Assembly (NCBI GenBank): GCA_036401335.1
Contig: DASWVC010000033.1
Location: forward strand, 291-64,290
From: Chthoniobacterales bacterium
Lineage (GTDB): Bacteria > Verrucomicrobiota > Verrucomicrobiia > Chthoniobacterales > JAFAMB01
Direction of reading: 5' to 3'
DNA: 64,000 nucleotides
Position 1 is the first letter of the stretch, and every line of letters starts with the position of its first letter. Under the pieces are notes generated by a model. The model searched no databases and had not been told where the DNA came from. It worked only from the letters and a program-made list of their open reading frames with translations. Shown here in pieces: positions 39,816 through 49,964 of this stretch. A program made the translations under genes and the position numbers.

Positions 39816-40520
39816 ATGTTAAATGTAAGTGCAATCGTGGTCGCGGCGGGAAGCAGTCGGCGCATGGGCTTTGACAAATTGCTTGTCCCGATCTCAGGGC
39901 GTTCCGTTTTGCTGCATTCCCTGGACCGGTTTGAGGCCTGCCCCGCCGTTGGCGAAATCGTTCTGGTGCTCCACCCGGAGCGTCGCAAAGAGATCGGGCG
40001 AATCGTTGAGGCCGAACGTTACACAAAGTTGCACCGGGTGGTGGAGGGCGGCAGTGAGCGTCACCTGTCGGTTTGGGCAGGGCTGCAGGCGAGCAGACTG
40101 GAAGCGGACCTCGTGGCCGTCCACGATGCGGCGCGCCCGTTGGTCCGTCCGGAGGCCATCATGCACGCGATTCACCAAGCCGGTTTGTGCGGTGCCGTTG
40201 CGTTGGCTGCGCCGGTGGTGGAAACCTTGAAGCGAACCGGCCGGGATAACGTAGTGACCGCGAGCGTGGACCGTCAAGGACTGTGGGCGATGCAGACACC
40301 GCAAATTTTCCGGCGCGACTGGCTCTGGGCCGGCTACCAAACCATTCTCGCGCGGGGCGAAGTTGTGACGGATGAGGTATCGGCCGTGCAGGCGGCGGGG
40401 CATCCAGTCAAATTGTTGGAAAATCTAACCTGGAACTTGAAGATTACCTTTCCGCGCGATTTGGAGATGGCAGAAAGCTTGATGCGCCTAGTGCCCGGCG
40501 TGATCGGCAAAGAAGGTTAA
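39816..40520 (+). CDS. ispD: 2-C-methyl-D-erythritol 4-phosphate cytidylyltransferase
   Basis: 'VSAIVVAAGSSRRMGFDKLLVPISGRSVLLHSL', 'VAVHDAARPLVRPE', 'MQTPQIFRRDWL'. Confidence 0.95.
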   Translation: MLNVSAIVVAAGSSRRMGFDKLLVPISGRSVLLHSLDRFEACPAVGEIVLVLHPERRKEIGRIVEAERYTKLHRVVEGGSERHLSVWAGLQASRLEADLVAVHDAARPLVRPEAIMHAIHQAGLCGAVALAAPVVETLKRTGRDNVVTASVDRQGLWAMQTPQIFRRDWLWAGYQTILARGEVVTDEVSAVQAAGHPVKLLENLTWNLKITFPRDLEMAESLMRLVPGVIGKEG

Positions 40521-40542
40521 TCCGTAGTTCTTTTTTGCACCC

Positions 40543-41820
40543 GTGACGCAGTACCAGACTACCACCCTAGCCAACGGCGTTCGCATTGCCACACGCGAAA
40601 TGCCGCAAATGAAAAGTGTGAGTGTCGGCCTCTGGGTTGGCGTCGGCGGCCGTCATGAGCCGGAGAGCCATTGCGGCATTTCCCATTTTCTTGAACACCT
40701 CCTCTTCAAGGGAACTCAGCGTCGGTCGTCCCGGCAGATTACGGAGCAAGTAGAAGGTCTGGGCGGCTTTATCAATGCGTTTACGACGGAGGACCACACC
40801 TGTTTCTACGCCAAAGCCGGAGCCCAGCATTTACCGGTGCTGGCCGATGTGCTCTGCGACATGTACCAACAATCGGTGCTGGCTGAGCACGAAATCGAGC
40901 GCGAGCGCGACGTGATTCGTGAGGAAATCCTGATGTACCGGGACCAGCCGTCCCAATTTTCCCAGGAACTCCTTTCCGAGGTCATGTGGCCTGACCATGC
41001 CCTTGGCCGTCCGCTGACGGGTTCAGTTGCATCAATTGGCCGGATTGGCCGAGCGGACCTGGTTGACTACATCGGCCGCAATTACAACGGCAGTACCACC
41101 GTGATTACCGTGGCCGGGCAGTGCGTGCACGAACGTGTCGTGGCCGAGTTCGGTCCACGGTTGGAAAAGCTGGCCGCAGGCAGCGTCCCGGATCCGCAGC
41201 CTTGGTCCGAGGTGGCCCCCCGGTTATCTCGCTTATCCCTCGCGCCGCACGAAACTGAGCAGACCCACCTCGCGATTGGTTACCATGCCATGAGCCGCAC
41301 CGATGAACGTCGGCATGCGCTTAAACTGCTCAGCGTGATCCTGGGCGAGAACATGAGTTCACGCCTGTTTCAGCAATTACGGGAACGCTACGCCTACTGT
41401 TACTCCATCCAGAGCGGCACTTTGGTGCTCGAAGATTCCGGTCTCCTCAACATCTGCGTCGGCCTTGAGCCGCGCAAACTCCGGAACGCGCTGCGGGCCA
41501 TCGGCCGCGAACTGCAGAAACTGCGAAGCCATGCCCCCTCCCGCAAAGAGCTTCGGCAAGCCCAGGAGTACACCGTTGGTCAGAATGAGCTGAGCTTGGA
41601 AAGCACCACCAACCAGGTCATGTGGATGGGGGAATCAATGATTGCCTACGGAACGGTGATCGATCCGGACCAAGTCCAAACAAAATTGAAAGGGGTGACG
41701 CCGGAGATGGTGCAGGAAGTGGCCCAACTCTGTTTCGATCCCGATCGCCTCGGAATCGCGGTGGTGGGCCGGGTTGACCGGAACCGTTTGGAAAAATGGG
41801 TTGGAGAAATCGGGTTTTAG
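40543..41820 (+). CDS. M16 family zinc peptidase
   Basis: 'SVGLWVGVGGRHEPESHCGISHFLEHLLFKGTQRRSS' (HxxEH), 'VEGLGGFINAFTTEDHTCFYAK'. Confidence 0.95.
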   Translation: MTQYQTTTLANGVRIATREMPQMKSVSVGLWVGVGGRHEPESHCGISHFLEHLLFKGTQRRSSRQITEQVEGLGGFINAFTTEDHTCFYAKAGAQHLPVLADVLCDMYQQSVLAEHEIERERDVIREEILMYRDQPSQFSQELLSEVMWPDHALGRPLTGSVASIGRIGRADLVDYIGRNYNGSTTVITVAGQCVHERVVAEFGPRLEKLAAGSVPDPQPWSEVAPRLSRLSLAPHETEQTHLAIGYHAMSRTDERRHALKLLSVILGENMSSRLFQQLRERYAYCYSIQSGTLVLEDSGLLNICVGLEPRKLRNALRAIGRELQKLRSHAPSRKELRQAQEYTVGQNELSLESTTNQVMWMGESMIAYGTVIDPDQVQTKLKGVTPEMVQEVAQLCFDPDRLGIAVVGRVDRNRLEKWVGEIGF

Positions 41821-41872
41821 AGGGCCCGGCGTGCACCGAGCCAGCCCGGCCTTTTCGGAAACCCCTTCCTGT

Positions 41873-43228
41873 TTAGTTGTGAATGACGGTTCCCAGGGCC
41901 AGCACCGCGGCCAGGCCGAGCACCGAGAGCAACGTCTCCATCGCCGTCCAGGATTTGAAGGTGTCGCCCATGCTCAGCCCGAAAAACTCTTTTACCAGCC
42001 AGAAACCTGCGTCGTTCACGTGGGAGAGGATGATCGAGCCAGAACCGGTCGCCAACACCATGAGCTCGCGACTGACCGTGGGCTGAGCGTCAAGCAGAGG
42101 GCTGGCAATGCCAGCGCCGGTAATCATCGCAACCGTAGCGGAACCGGTTGCCACCCGCACCACCGCAGCGGCCAGCCAAGCCAGCAGAAGGGGAGAGACG
42201 TGGGCCTGGGCGGACGCCCTGGCGATCAGATCACCAATTTTCGTGGCGATGAGCATCTGTTTGAAACCGCCGCCGGCTCCCACGATGAGCACCACGGCCG
42301 CGATCGGTTCAAGGCTTTTGCCCAGCAATCCTTGAAGGTCTCCCATGGAACGGCCCTCGCGCAGGCCGAGGGCGACAATGGCGAACAGCAAGGCAAGGAG
42401 CAGGGCGATAATCGGGTCGCCAATGAAGTCGATCACCTCTTTGATGGCGGGGGGCGGGTTAAGGCCGTCGGCGAGCGACCGGCCCATCATCAACGCCGGG
42501 GGCAGCAGGATGGCCGTAAGGACTGCCGCCAAGCCCGGCGATTGGGCCGGATGCGCGGCGGTTGGCTCACCGCGCTCCGAACCTTGCGTTCGCGCATCTG
42601 CCGACGCTCGCAGAAAGGGAGCTGCGATCAGCGCATAGCCCGGGCCGGCGACAAGACCCACGGGTAAACCGACCAGAATGCCATAGAAAATCGTTTTGCC
42701 GACGTCGGCGTGAAAAGTCGCGGCCGCCAGGGTCGGGGCCGGGTGGGGCGGGACAAGGGCGTGGGCGACCGACAGACCCGCCAGGAGCGGCAGACCCACA
42801 ACCAAAATGGGGGCCTTAATCTGGCGGGCAACGGCGAATGCCAACGGCACCAGCAGCACGAACCCCACCTCGAAAAACAATGGCAGGCCGATCAACAGCG
42901 CGGTGAAAAAAATCGTCCAGGGGACCCAGCGAGGACCTCCGAGCGAAACCAATGCATTGGCTAGCCGGTCGGCTCCCCCGGACGCGACGAGCAAACCGCC
43001 AAGCATGGTGCCCAGCCCGATAACGATTCCCACAAAGGCCAGCACGTCGCCAAACCCCTTTTCAAAGTTCTTCGTCACCTCGTCCGGAGGCAGACCCGCA
43101 AATAATCCCAGGAAAAGGGAGGCCGCGATAAGGGCGAGGAAAGGGTGCACCTTAAACCGGGTCACCAGAAGAATCAGCAGGAGAATCGCCAGGACGGCGG
43201 CAACAACACGGGTGAGGTCGGGGGACAT
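41873..43228 (-). CDS. GntP-family gluconate:H+ symporter
   Basis: Multi-TM, 'FEKGFGDVLAFVGIVIGLGTMLGGLLVASGGADRLA', 'LPLFFEVGFVLLVPLAF', 'LVPPHPAPT'. Confidence 0.92.
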   Translation of the reverse strand: MSPDLTRVVAAVLAILLLILLVTRFKVHPFLALIAASLFLGLFAGLPPDEVTKNFEKGFGDVLAFVGIVIGLGTMLGGLLVASGGADRLANALVSLGGPRWVPWTIFFTALLIGLPLFFEVGFVLLVPLAFAVARQIKAPILVVGLPLLAGLSVAHALVPPHPAPTLAAATFHADVGKTIFYGILVGLPVGLVAGPGYALIAAPFLRASADARTQGSERGEPTAAHPAQSPGLAAVLTAILLPPALMMGRSLADGLNPPPAIKEVIDFIGDPIIALLLALLFAIVALGLREGRSMGDLQGLLGKSLEPIAAVVLIVGAGGGFKQMLIATKIGDLIARASAQAHVSPLLLAWLAAAVVRVATGSATVAMITGAGIASPLLDAQPTVSRELMVLATGSGSIILSHVNDAGFWLVKEFFGLSMGDTFKSWTAMETLLSVLGLAAVLALGTVIHN

Positions 43229-43330
43229 GCGACGAGTTTAGCAGGCCTGCCGGCCGCGTAAAAGGGTGGATCCCACGCGCTAAAACACCGGCGAAGCGCG
43301 CGTCCGGGGCGCGCGGTGCGCGCACCGGTT

Positions 43331-43852
43331 TCAACCAGCTTTAAGGCCGAGTTTTTGGTCCGCGAGCTTGATAACGTCCTGAACCACCTCCTCCGGCGGC
43401 CGGTTTTCGTCGATCACAAACGCCTCATCTGCCTGCGGCTCTTCCAATGTGGCGAACTGGCTGTCCAACAACGCCTGGTTGAAAAAGTGCCCTGTGCGTG
43501 ATGCCAGTCGTCTGGCCACGACGTCGTGGTCGACCTTAAGGTAAAAAAAGTAAATGTTTGGCAAACCAGCCTTTAGGATCTCGCGGTACGCCCGTTTCAA
43601 CGCCGAGCAGGCGAGCACGCAGGAACGGCCGGCGTCCAGTTCCTGGCGCAGCGCCTCGTGCAGGTTGGCGAGCCAGCCGCTACGGTCCTCGTCGGTAAGG
43701 GGAATGCCGCGGTGCATCTTGTCTTTGTTGGCGGCGGAATGGTAGTCGTCGGCGTCGAGAAACTTGAGATTCAAGCGGCGGGCAACTTCGGTGCCGGTCT
43801 CCGACTTCCCGGAACCGGACACCCCGATGATGATAAGGGCGGCATTCGTCAT
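43331..43852 (-). CDS. gntK: Gluconokinase
   Basis: 'IIIGVSGSGKSETGTEVARRLNLKFLDADDYHSAANKDKMHRGIPLTDEDRSGWLANL'. Confidence 0.93.
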   Translation of the reverse strand: MTNAALIIIGVSGSGKSETGTEVARRLNLKFLDADDYHSAANKDKMHRGIPLTDEDRSGWLANLHEALRQELDAGRSCVLACSALKRAYREILKAGLPNIYFFYLKVDHDVVARRLASRTGHFFNQALLDSQFATLEEPQADEAFVIDENRPPEEVVQDVIKLADQKLGLKAG

Positions 43853-44019
43853 GACAGCTGTTCGCGCGCAGAAGCAGCTGCGGTCAGGCGAAAGGGAGCT
43901 TTGGTCGAAACGGCTGGCCGGAGGCCTGGAAGAACGGGTCGGCGGGTCCGGTAGGGCGGCGAGTCCCTTCGCCGCCGGGGTATGCGGGTGGAAGAAGGCG
44001 GAGGCGTGCCGGGGCAAAT

Positions 44020-44988
44020 TCAACCGTGGCCGATTCCCGAACGCCGGGAGATCAGTTTCTGCAGAACGATAAACACCAGCAGCAAACCGCCGATCACGAT
44101 GCGCGTCCACCAGCTGTTAAGCGAACCGTTGAACGTGATCAAGGTCTGGATCAAACCGAGGATCAACACTCCCATCAGCGTTCCCGGTAAAAAACCGACG
44201 CCTCCGGTCAAGAGGGTGCCGCCGATAACCACGGCCGCAATCGCGTCGAGTTCCAGGCCCACAAACGAGGCCGGGTTGCCGGATTGCATGTAGAAGGTGG
44301 AGACAATGCCGGCCAGCGCCGAGAAAAAGCCGGCCAGCGCGTAGGTCCCCATCTTGGTGGCTCCGATCGGCAGGCCCATTAGCCGGGCGGAGGTTTCGTT
44401 TGAGCCGATTGCGTAAACGTTGCGGCCGAACCGGGTGAACGCGGCGAGGTACGTTCCCGCCACCGTCGCCAGGAGGAAGCAGATGGCCGTGAACGGCAGC
44501 ACCGCTTTCGGCGCCACGACAACGGAAAGCTGAGGCAGCAACGCGGCATAGAAAGGGTGCTCGATCGGAATGGATTCGCGGTAAACGACGAAGCTGAAAC
44601 CACGCAGAAGGAACAGCCCGGCCAGCGTGACCAGGAACGGAGGCAGTTCAAAAAAATGGATCAAAGCTCCCATCAACGCGCCTCCGCAGGTGCCAATGGC
44701 CAGGGCGCTCAGCATCGTCCAAACCGGATCGCAGCCGAGTTGAAGCAGCTTGGCGATGTAGATGCCGGTGAACGCGATGGACGAGCCCACCGAAAGATCG
44801 ATCCCGCCGGAAAGGATGACAAACGTTGCCCCGATCGCGGCGATGCCCAGGAACGCATTATCCCCGAGCAGGTTCACCAGCACCCTCGCGGTACCAAAAG
44901 CAGGGTAAAGGCAGCAGCCGACCGCATACAACCCAAGCAGGACCACCGCGGTAGCGGCCAGGGGCACGTATTTAGGGTTTATGCTCAT
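44020..44988 (-). CDS. Sugar ABC transporter permease (YjfF-like)
   Basis: 'FVILSGGIDLSVGSSIAFTG', 'YAIGSNETSARLMGLPI', 'VVIGGTLLTGG'. Confidence 0.9.
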   Translation of the reverse strand: MSINPKYVPLAATAVVLLGLYAVGCCLYPAFGTARVLVNLLGDNAFLGIAAIGATFVILSGGIDLSVGSSIAFTGIYIAKLLQLGCDPVWTMLSALAIGTCGGALMGALIHFFELPPFLVTLAGLFLLRGFSFVVYRESIPIEHPFYAALLPQLSVVVAPKAVLPFTAICFLLATVAGTYLAAFTRFGRNVYAIGSNETSARLMGLPIGATKMGTYALAGFFSALAGIVSTFYMQSGNPASFVGLELDAIAAVVIGGTLLTGGVGFLPGTLMGVLILGLIQTLITFNGSLNSWWTRIVIGGLLLVFIVLQKLISRRSGIGHG

Positions 44989-46030
44989 GCCAGGTCAGGC
45001 TGCGCGGAACCAGCTTCCGCAAGCGTTCACGGAAACTTGCGCTCTGCATCAGGCAGACCGCAACAATGACCAGCGCCTTCGGCACCGGAGAGATGTCAGC
45101 GCTGATGTTTCGCGCGTAGAGGGTCGTTGTGAGCGTCTGGATGAAGAGGGCGCCGATAACCGCGCCGACCAGGTAGAAACGTCCGCCAACCAGGGACGTG
45201 CCGCCGACCACCACCGCCAGGATCGCGTCCAGTTCCAGGTAAAGCCCGATGTTGTTGGCGTCCGCACTTTTGATGTTTGACGAGGCGATCAGTCCGGCCA
45301 GACCCGCGCAGAATCCGGAAAAGGTGTACACCATGAATTTGACCTGGCGGGCGTTGATGCCGGCGTAACGGCTGGCGCGGTCATTGTCTCCGACGGATTC
45401 GATGAACAGGCCCAGCGCCGTGCGCCGGACCAGCCCGTACGTCAGCAGCAGCATGACGATGACCAGCGTCAACGTGAACGGCAGTCCGAACAAATGTCCG
45501 TTTCCCAGAAAAACCATCAACGGGTCCCCGAAGTTAATGATTTGACCTTCGGTGACCAGTTGGGCCACCCCGCGCCCTGCCACCATCAGGATCAGGGTTG
45601 CCACAATGGGTTGGACACCGAACCCGGCGACCAGCAACCCGTTCCAGGCCCCGGCCAGGATCGAGGCCCCGAGCGCAACGGCGATCGCCGCCCAAGCCGA
45701 CGGGGCCGATGTGACCACCAGCCGCGCCGCCACTGCACTCGAAATTGCCATGACCGCGCCCACCGACAGGTCTACCCCGCCGGTGGAGATGACCAGGACC
45801 ATCCCCAGCGACAGGAGCATCACCTTTGCCCCCTGGTTCAGGATATCGATGCGCGACCCGTACAAATGGCCGTCCAACACCTGCAAACGAAAAAAGCCGG
45901 GAGTAAAGAACTGGTTAAACAGCAGCAACGCTCCCAGGGCGGCCAACGGCCACACGATCTTCTGTCGTCGCACCAGGAACAAAATGGCCGCAAAGACCAG
46001 CCAGAAGCCCGCATCCATCAACCAACTCAC
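44972..46030 (-). CDS. Sugar ABC transporter permease (YtfT-like)
   Basis: 'LVISTGGVDLSVGAVMAIS', 'SRYAGINARQVKFMVYTFSGFCAGLAGLI', 'VVGGTSLVGGR'. Confidence 0.9.
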   Translation of the reverse strand: MSWLMDAGFWLVFAAILFLVRRQKIVWPLAALGALLLFNQFFTPGFFRLQVLDGHLYGSRIDILNQGAKVMLLSLGMVLVISTGGVDLSVGAVMAISSAVAARLVVTSAPSAWAAIAVALGASILAGAWNGLLVAGFGVQPIVATLILMVAGRGVAQLVTEGQIINFGDPLMVFLGNGHLFGLPFTLTLVIVMLLLTYGLVRRTALGLFIESVGDNDRASRYAGINARQVKFMVYTFSGFCAGLAGLIASSNIKSADANNIGLYLELDAILAVVVGGTSLVGGRFYLVGAVIGALFIQTLTTTLYARNISADISPVPKALVIVAVCLMQSASFRERLRKLVPRSLTWHEHKP

Positions 46031-47562
46031 GCCGGAGCTCCCTCTTCTTCATCCTTGGCAATGGTGCGAAGGATGTTTTCTACGCTGATGTCGGAGCCCG
46101 TCAACTCGCCCGCTTTCCGGCGATCCCTCAGAACGATGACCCGCTGACTCTGCCGCACAATTTCCTCCAGCTCGGAACTGATAAAGAGCACGCCGAGGCC
46201 TTCCCGGCGCAGGGAATTGATCAGTCTTTCAACCTCGGCCTTGGCCCCCACGTCGATGCCGCGGGTAGGCTCGTCCAGGATGAACACCCTCGGTTCGGTG
46301 GCGAGCCATCGGGCAAGCAGCACCTTCTGTTGGTTGCCACCGCTCAGGTTCTTCACCGGCTGGTCGCGGTGCGGCGTCTTGATGGCCAGGCTGTTGATGA
46401 AACGGTCGGCCAACCCTTCTTGTTCTTCCTGGGAAAGCCGGCTCCAGGGACCGCGGCTCGCCTGCAGGGCCAGGATGATGTTTTCACGCACGGTCAAATT
46501 GGGGATGATCCCCGCCGCTTTGCGATCTTCCGGGGTCAACGCCAGCCCGCAACGGATCGCCCCTCGGGGGCTGCGGAACACCGTGACCCGGCCGTTGACC
46601 CGGATGCTGCCGCGGTCAGGTTTGTCGATCCCGAAGAGTAACCGGGCGGTTTCCGTGCGGCCTGAGCCAAGCAAGCCTGCCAACCCCACCACTTCTCCCG
46701 GTCTGATTTCCAGATCAAGCGGGTGAATGGACCCTTTGCGACCCAGCCCGTTCGTCTCGATCAACGGCTTATCCGTCCGGATGCTCGCGGTGCCGGCTCG
46801 CGTGTGTTCAAGTTTTTCCGCTTCCTGCAGGTCCTTTCCCATCATCTGGGCCACGAGCTTCAGGCGGGGCAAGTCCCGGGTCGGGAACTGCCCGACCAGA
46901 CGCCCGTTCCGCAGGATGGTGATGGCGTCCGAGACCTTGTAAACCTGCCCGAGGAAATGGGTCACGAAGATGATCCCGAGCCCCTGGTCGCGTAACTTCC
47001 GTAGGACTTTGAAAAGCTCTTCCGCTTCACCGTCGTCCAGGCTCGAAGTCGGTTCATCCAGGATGAGTAGGCTCGCAGAAATGTCCAGCGCCCGCGCGAT
47101 CGCCACGAGTTGTTGAACCGCGATCGAGTACGCAGAGAGCTGGCGTGAAACGTCGATGCGCAATTCGAGCCGGGCCAGCGCCTTTTGCGCCCGTTGGGTG
47201 ATGGCCCGCCACCGGATCTTTCCCATCAACGTCGGCTGCCGGCCAAGGCAGATGTTTTCCGCCACCGACAGGTCCGGGATCAAGTTTACTTCCTGGTAAA
47301 CCGTGCTGATGCCCAGCCGCTCCGCTTCCCGCGGGGATCGTGGGGCAATGGAAATCCCGTTCAGTGCAGTGCCGCCCGCATCCCGGGAATACACGCCCGT
47401 CAACACCTTGATCAGGGTGCTTTTGCCGGCCCCGTTTTCACCCATTAACGCGTGGATTTCACCGCGGTTGACGGTGAGATCCACGCCGTCAAGGGCCTGA
47501 ACGCCAGGAAAACCTTTCGACAGACCTCGAATTTCCAGAATGGGACTGCCCACGGTGCGCAC
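46027..47562 (-). CDS. Sugar ABC transporter ATP-binding protein, two NBDs (YtfR-like)
   Basis: 'ALMGENGAGKSTLIKVLTGVY', 'LDEPTSSLDDGE', 'NLSGGNQQKVLLARWLATEPRVFILDEPTRGIDVGAK'. Confidence 0.93.
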   Translation of the reverse strand: MRTVGSPILEIRGLSKGFPGVQALDGVDLTVNRGEIHALMGENGAGKSTLIKVLTGVYSRDAGGTALNGISIAPRSPREAERLGISTVYQEVNLIPDLSVAENICLGRQPTLMGKIRWRAITQRAQKALARLELRIDVSRQLSAYSIAVQQLVAIARALDISASLLILDEPTSSLDDGEAEELFKVLRKLRDQGLGIIFVTHFLGQVYKVSDAITILRNGRLVGQFPTRDLPRLKLVAQMMGKDLQEAEKLEHTRAGTASIRTDKPLIETNGLGRKGSIHPLDLEIRPGEVVGLAGLLGSGRTETARLLFGIDKPDRGSIRVNGRVTVFRSPRGAIRCGLALTPEDRKAAGIIPNLTVRENIILALQASRGPWSRLSQEEQEGLADRFINSLAIKTPHRDQPVKNLSGGNQQKVLLARWLATEPRVFILDEPTRGIDVGAKAEVERLINSLRREGLGVLFISSELEEIVRQSQRVIVLRDRRKAGELTGSDISVENILRTIAKDEEEGAPA

Positions 47563-47574
47563 CGCCAGCGTATT

Positions 47575-48555
47575 CTAGTACTGGCGCTTGGGCAGGGCTG
47601 CCTCCGCCAGGGACTGGTCGTACACGCTCTCCTCCGTCACGATGCGTTTTGGCACCGTTTGCCCAGCGGCCACTTTTTCCACGACCTCAAAAAGCTGGGG
47701 TCCAAGCAACGGGTTGCATTCGACACTGCAGTTGAGCTTGCCGTCCGCCATTGCTTTAAAGGCGTCCCGAACGCCGTCGATGGAGACGACGACAATGTCT
47801 TTGCCCGGTTTAAGCCCGGCTTCCTCCATCGCCTGGATCGCACCCAGCGCCATGTCGTCGTTATGCGCGAAAACCGCGGTGATCTCCTTCGCGTCGGGAG
47901 CTTTCAAAAATGCCTCCATCACTTCCTTACCCTTGGCCCGCGTGAAATCGCCGCTCTGCGACTTGACGATTTTCATGTCCGGGTGTTCGGCCAGAATGTC
48001 TTCAAATCCCTTTTTCCGGTCAATCGCGGGAGCCGAGCCGACCGTGCCGACCAGCTCCGCGATCCTGGCTTTGCCGCCGGTTTTGTCGGCGAGCCACTTG
48101 CCCGCGCGCCGCCCTTCCTCAACGAAGTCGGAACCAAGGAACGACACGTAGAGCGACGGATCAGACACTTTGACGGCCCGATCGGACAGCACCACCGGGA
48201 TGCCGGCCTTCTTGGCTTCCTGGAGAACGGGCTCAAAACCCGTTTCGACCACGGGCGAAAAGGCGATCACGTCCACGCCCTGCGCGATAAAAGAGCGGAT
48301 GGCCTTGATCTGATTTTCCTGTTTCTGCTGGGCATCCGAGAAACGCAGGTCGATGCCGCGCTTGGCGGCTTCCGCCTTGATCGATTCGGTGTTGGCGGTG
48401 CGCCAGCCGCTTTCTGCTCCCACCTGGGAGAACCCGACGACTAACTTCTTTTTCGACGCCGCATCTGCAGCCGAGGCGGGCGTTTGGGTTAACAACAGCG
48501 CTGCGGGCAGGGCCAGCAAGGCTGCACGACATCCACGGGTCATATTTAGGTTCAT
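47575..48555 (-). CDS. Periplasmic sugar-binding protein (YtfQ-like)
   Basis: Signal peptide; 'KLVVGFSQVGAESGWRTANTESIKAEAAKRGIDLRFSDAQQKQENQIKAIRSFIAQGVDVIAFSPVVETG'. Confidence 0.92.
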   Translation of the reverse strand: MNLNMTRGCRAALLALPAALLLTQTPASAADAASKKKLVVGFSQVGAESGWRTANTESIKAEAAKRGIDLRFSDAQQKQENQIKAIRSFIAQGVDVIAFSPVVETGFEPVLQEAKKAGIPVVLSDRAVKVSDPSLYVSFLGSDFVEEGRRAGKWLADKTGGKARIAELVGTVGSAPAIDRKKGFEDILAEHPDMKIVKSQSGDFTRAKGKEVMEAFLKAPDAKEITAVFAHNDDMALGAIQAMEEAGLKPGKDIVVVSIDGVRDAFKAMADGKLNCSVECNPLLGPQLFEVVEKVAAGQTVPKRIVTEESVYDQSLAEAALPKRQY

Positions 48556-48625
48556 TTGAAGGGATTACGGTTTGAATCGGCCACCACCGTGCAACCCTTT
48601 AGCGGCACCGCGGCGTGGGCCAGAA

Positions 48626-48639
48626 TGTGAGCGCTCACA
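48626..48639. promoter_or_regulatory. Perfect LacI-type operator palindrome TGTGAGCGCTCACA
   Basis: Read directly; 14-nt exact palindrome between the ABC importer and the LacI-family gene. Confidence 0.8.
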
Positions 48640-48681
48640 GAAACAAACCAGGGTTCTTGCCGAGGAGAACAGGGGGGAGTC

Positions 48682-48695
48682 CGTGAACGCTCACA
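48682..48695. promoter_or_regulatory. Second LacI-type operator, CGTGAACGCTCACA
   Basis: Near-palindrome related to the 48626 site; centres about 56 bp apart. Confidence 0.7.
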
Positions 48696-48795
48696 CCGAC
48701 TAACCGTTCGAAAGGCGTATTGCAAGGAAAAAAGGAAACGAAAGTGCCCCGACGGCCTTTACAATCCGGGCAGAAGGACTATTCACCTAGCCAAT

Positions 48796-49917
48796 ATGCG
48801 GTCGTCCCCCAGAAAGAGGAGCAATAACCTCACCATCAATGACGTCGCCGCGCTGGCCGGAGTTTCCTACCAGACCGTCTCCCGCGTTCTTAACGCGATG
48901 CCGCACGTTTCGGCCACAACCCGGGAAAGGGTGCAAACCGTTCTGCGCCAGGTTGGGTTCCGGCCGAATATGACCGCCCGCCAGCTCGCAACCCAACGTT
49001 CGACCACGGTCGGTCTGGTGACGTTCGCTACCAGTTTTTTCGGTCCCTCCCAGATCATGGTTAACAGCGAACACGCCGCCAAGGAGATGGGGCTGAGTTT
49101 CATGTTCAGCAGCATCGTGGAGCAGAGCGCCCAGGAGGTTCGCCGGGCGGTCGACGAACTCTGCGCCCACCAGGTTTGCGGCATTCTCATCCACCTTCCC
49201 TGGGTCGTTGACCTGCGCGACCTCCGCGAGGTTTGCCGCAACATTCCCATGGTGGCAGTAGACTCGAATTTCGGGTTTAAATGTCCCTCCGTTTTCATCG
49301 ATCAGGAATCGGGCTCCCGGAAGGCAACACGGCACCTCATCGACCTTGGCCACCGGAAAATCGCCTACCTGCGCGGCCCGGTCTTCTGGCGGGCAGCGGA
49401 GCTCCGGTACCGGGGTTGGTGGAAGGAGTTGAAGGCCAAAGGCCTCGAGCCGGGACCCGTCGAGAACGGCGACTGGACGGCGGAGTCCGGATTCGAAGCA
49501 ACAAAGAGGCTCCAGAAAAAGTGGGGAGAGTGCACGGCGATCGTCGTTGCCAACGACCAGATGGCGCTCGGTTCCATCCGGGCCTTTGAAGAGAGCGGCG
49601 TTCGCGTCCCGAAAAACGTTTCGGTGGTCGGGTTTGACGACATCCCGGAAGCCGGCTTTTACCGGCCGCCGCTGTCTACCATCAAACAGGATTTTGCCGC
49701 GCTCGGCCGCTTGAGCATGCAATGCCTGATGGCGCAGCTTCAGTCGCCGCCCGAATATCCCCGCATCCGTCCGATCCAGCCGACCTTGATCGAGCGCAAG
49801 AGTACGGGCTCATGTTCGATGCCGCAGGACTCGTTGGTTAACACGGAAGTGGACGGCGCCCCTCCCGTTAGTCGCGGCCGACGCAGGTCCGCCCAGCAAC
49901 CGTCGTCGGAGGAATAA
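48796..49917 (+). CDS. LacI family transcriptional regulator
   Basis: 'LTINDVAALAGVSYQTVSRVLNAMPHVSATTRERVQTVLRQVGFRPN' and periplasmic-binding-like effector domain. Confidence 0.95.
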   Translation: MRSSPRKRSNNLTINDVAALAGVSYQTVSRVLNAMPHVSATTRERVQTVLRQVGFRPNMTARQLATQRSTTVGLVTFATSFFGPSQIMVNSEHAAKEMGLSFMFSSIVEQSAQEVRRAVDELCAHQVCGILIHLPWVVDLRDLREVCRNIPMVAVDSNFGFKCPSVFIDQESGSRKATRHLIDLGHRKIAYLRGPVFWRAAELRYRGWWKELKAKGLEPGPVENGDWTAESGFEATKRLQKKWGECTAIVVANDQMALGSIRAFEESGVRVPKNVSVVGFDDIPEAGFYRPPLSTIKQDFAALGRLSMQCLMAQLQSPPEYPRIRPIQPTLIERKSTGSCSMPQDSLVNTEVDGAPPVSRGRRRSAQQPSSEE

Positions 49918-49964
49918 ACGCCGGGAAGAAGGTGTCGGTTTGTAAGAAAGGGATAAACGCGCTC

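Noticed and set aside
47452-49722. Long antisense ORFs (47452-48444 and 48787-49722) opposite the sugar-binding protein and LacI regulator
   Set aside because: Both opposing genes are unambiguous; the antisense products look like low-complexity Arg/His/Gly shadow proteins.
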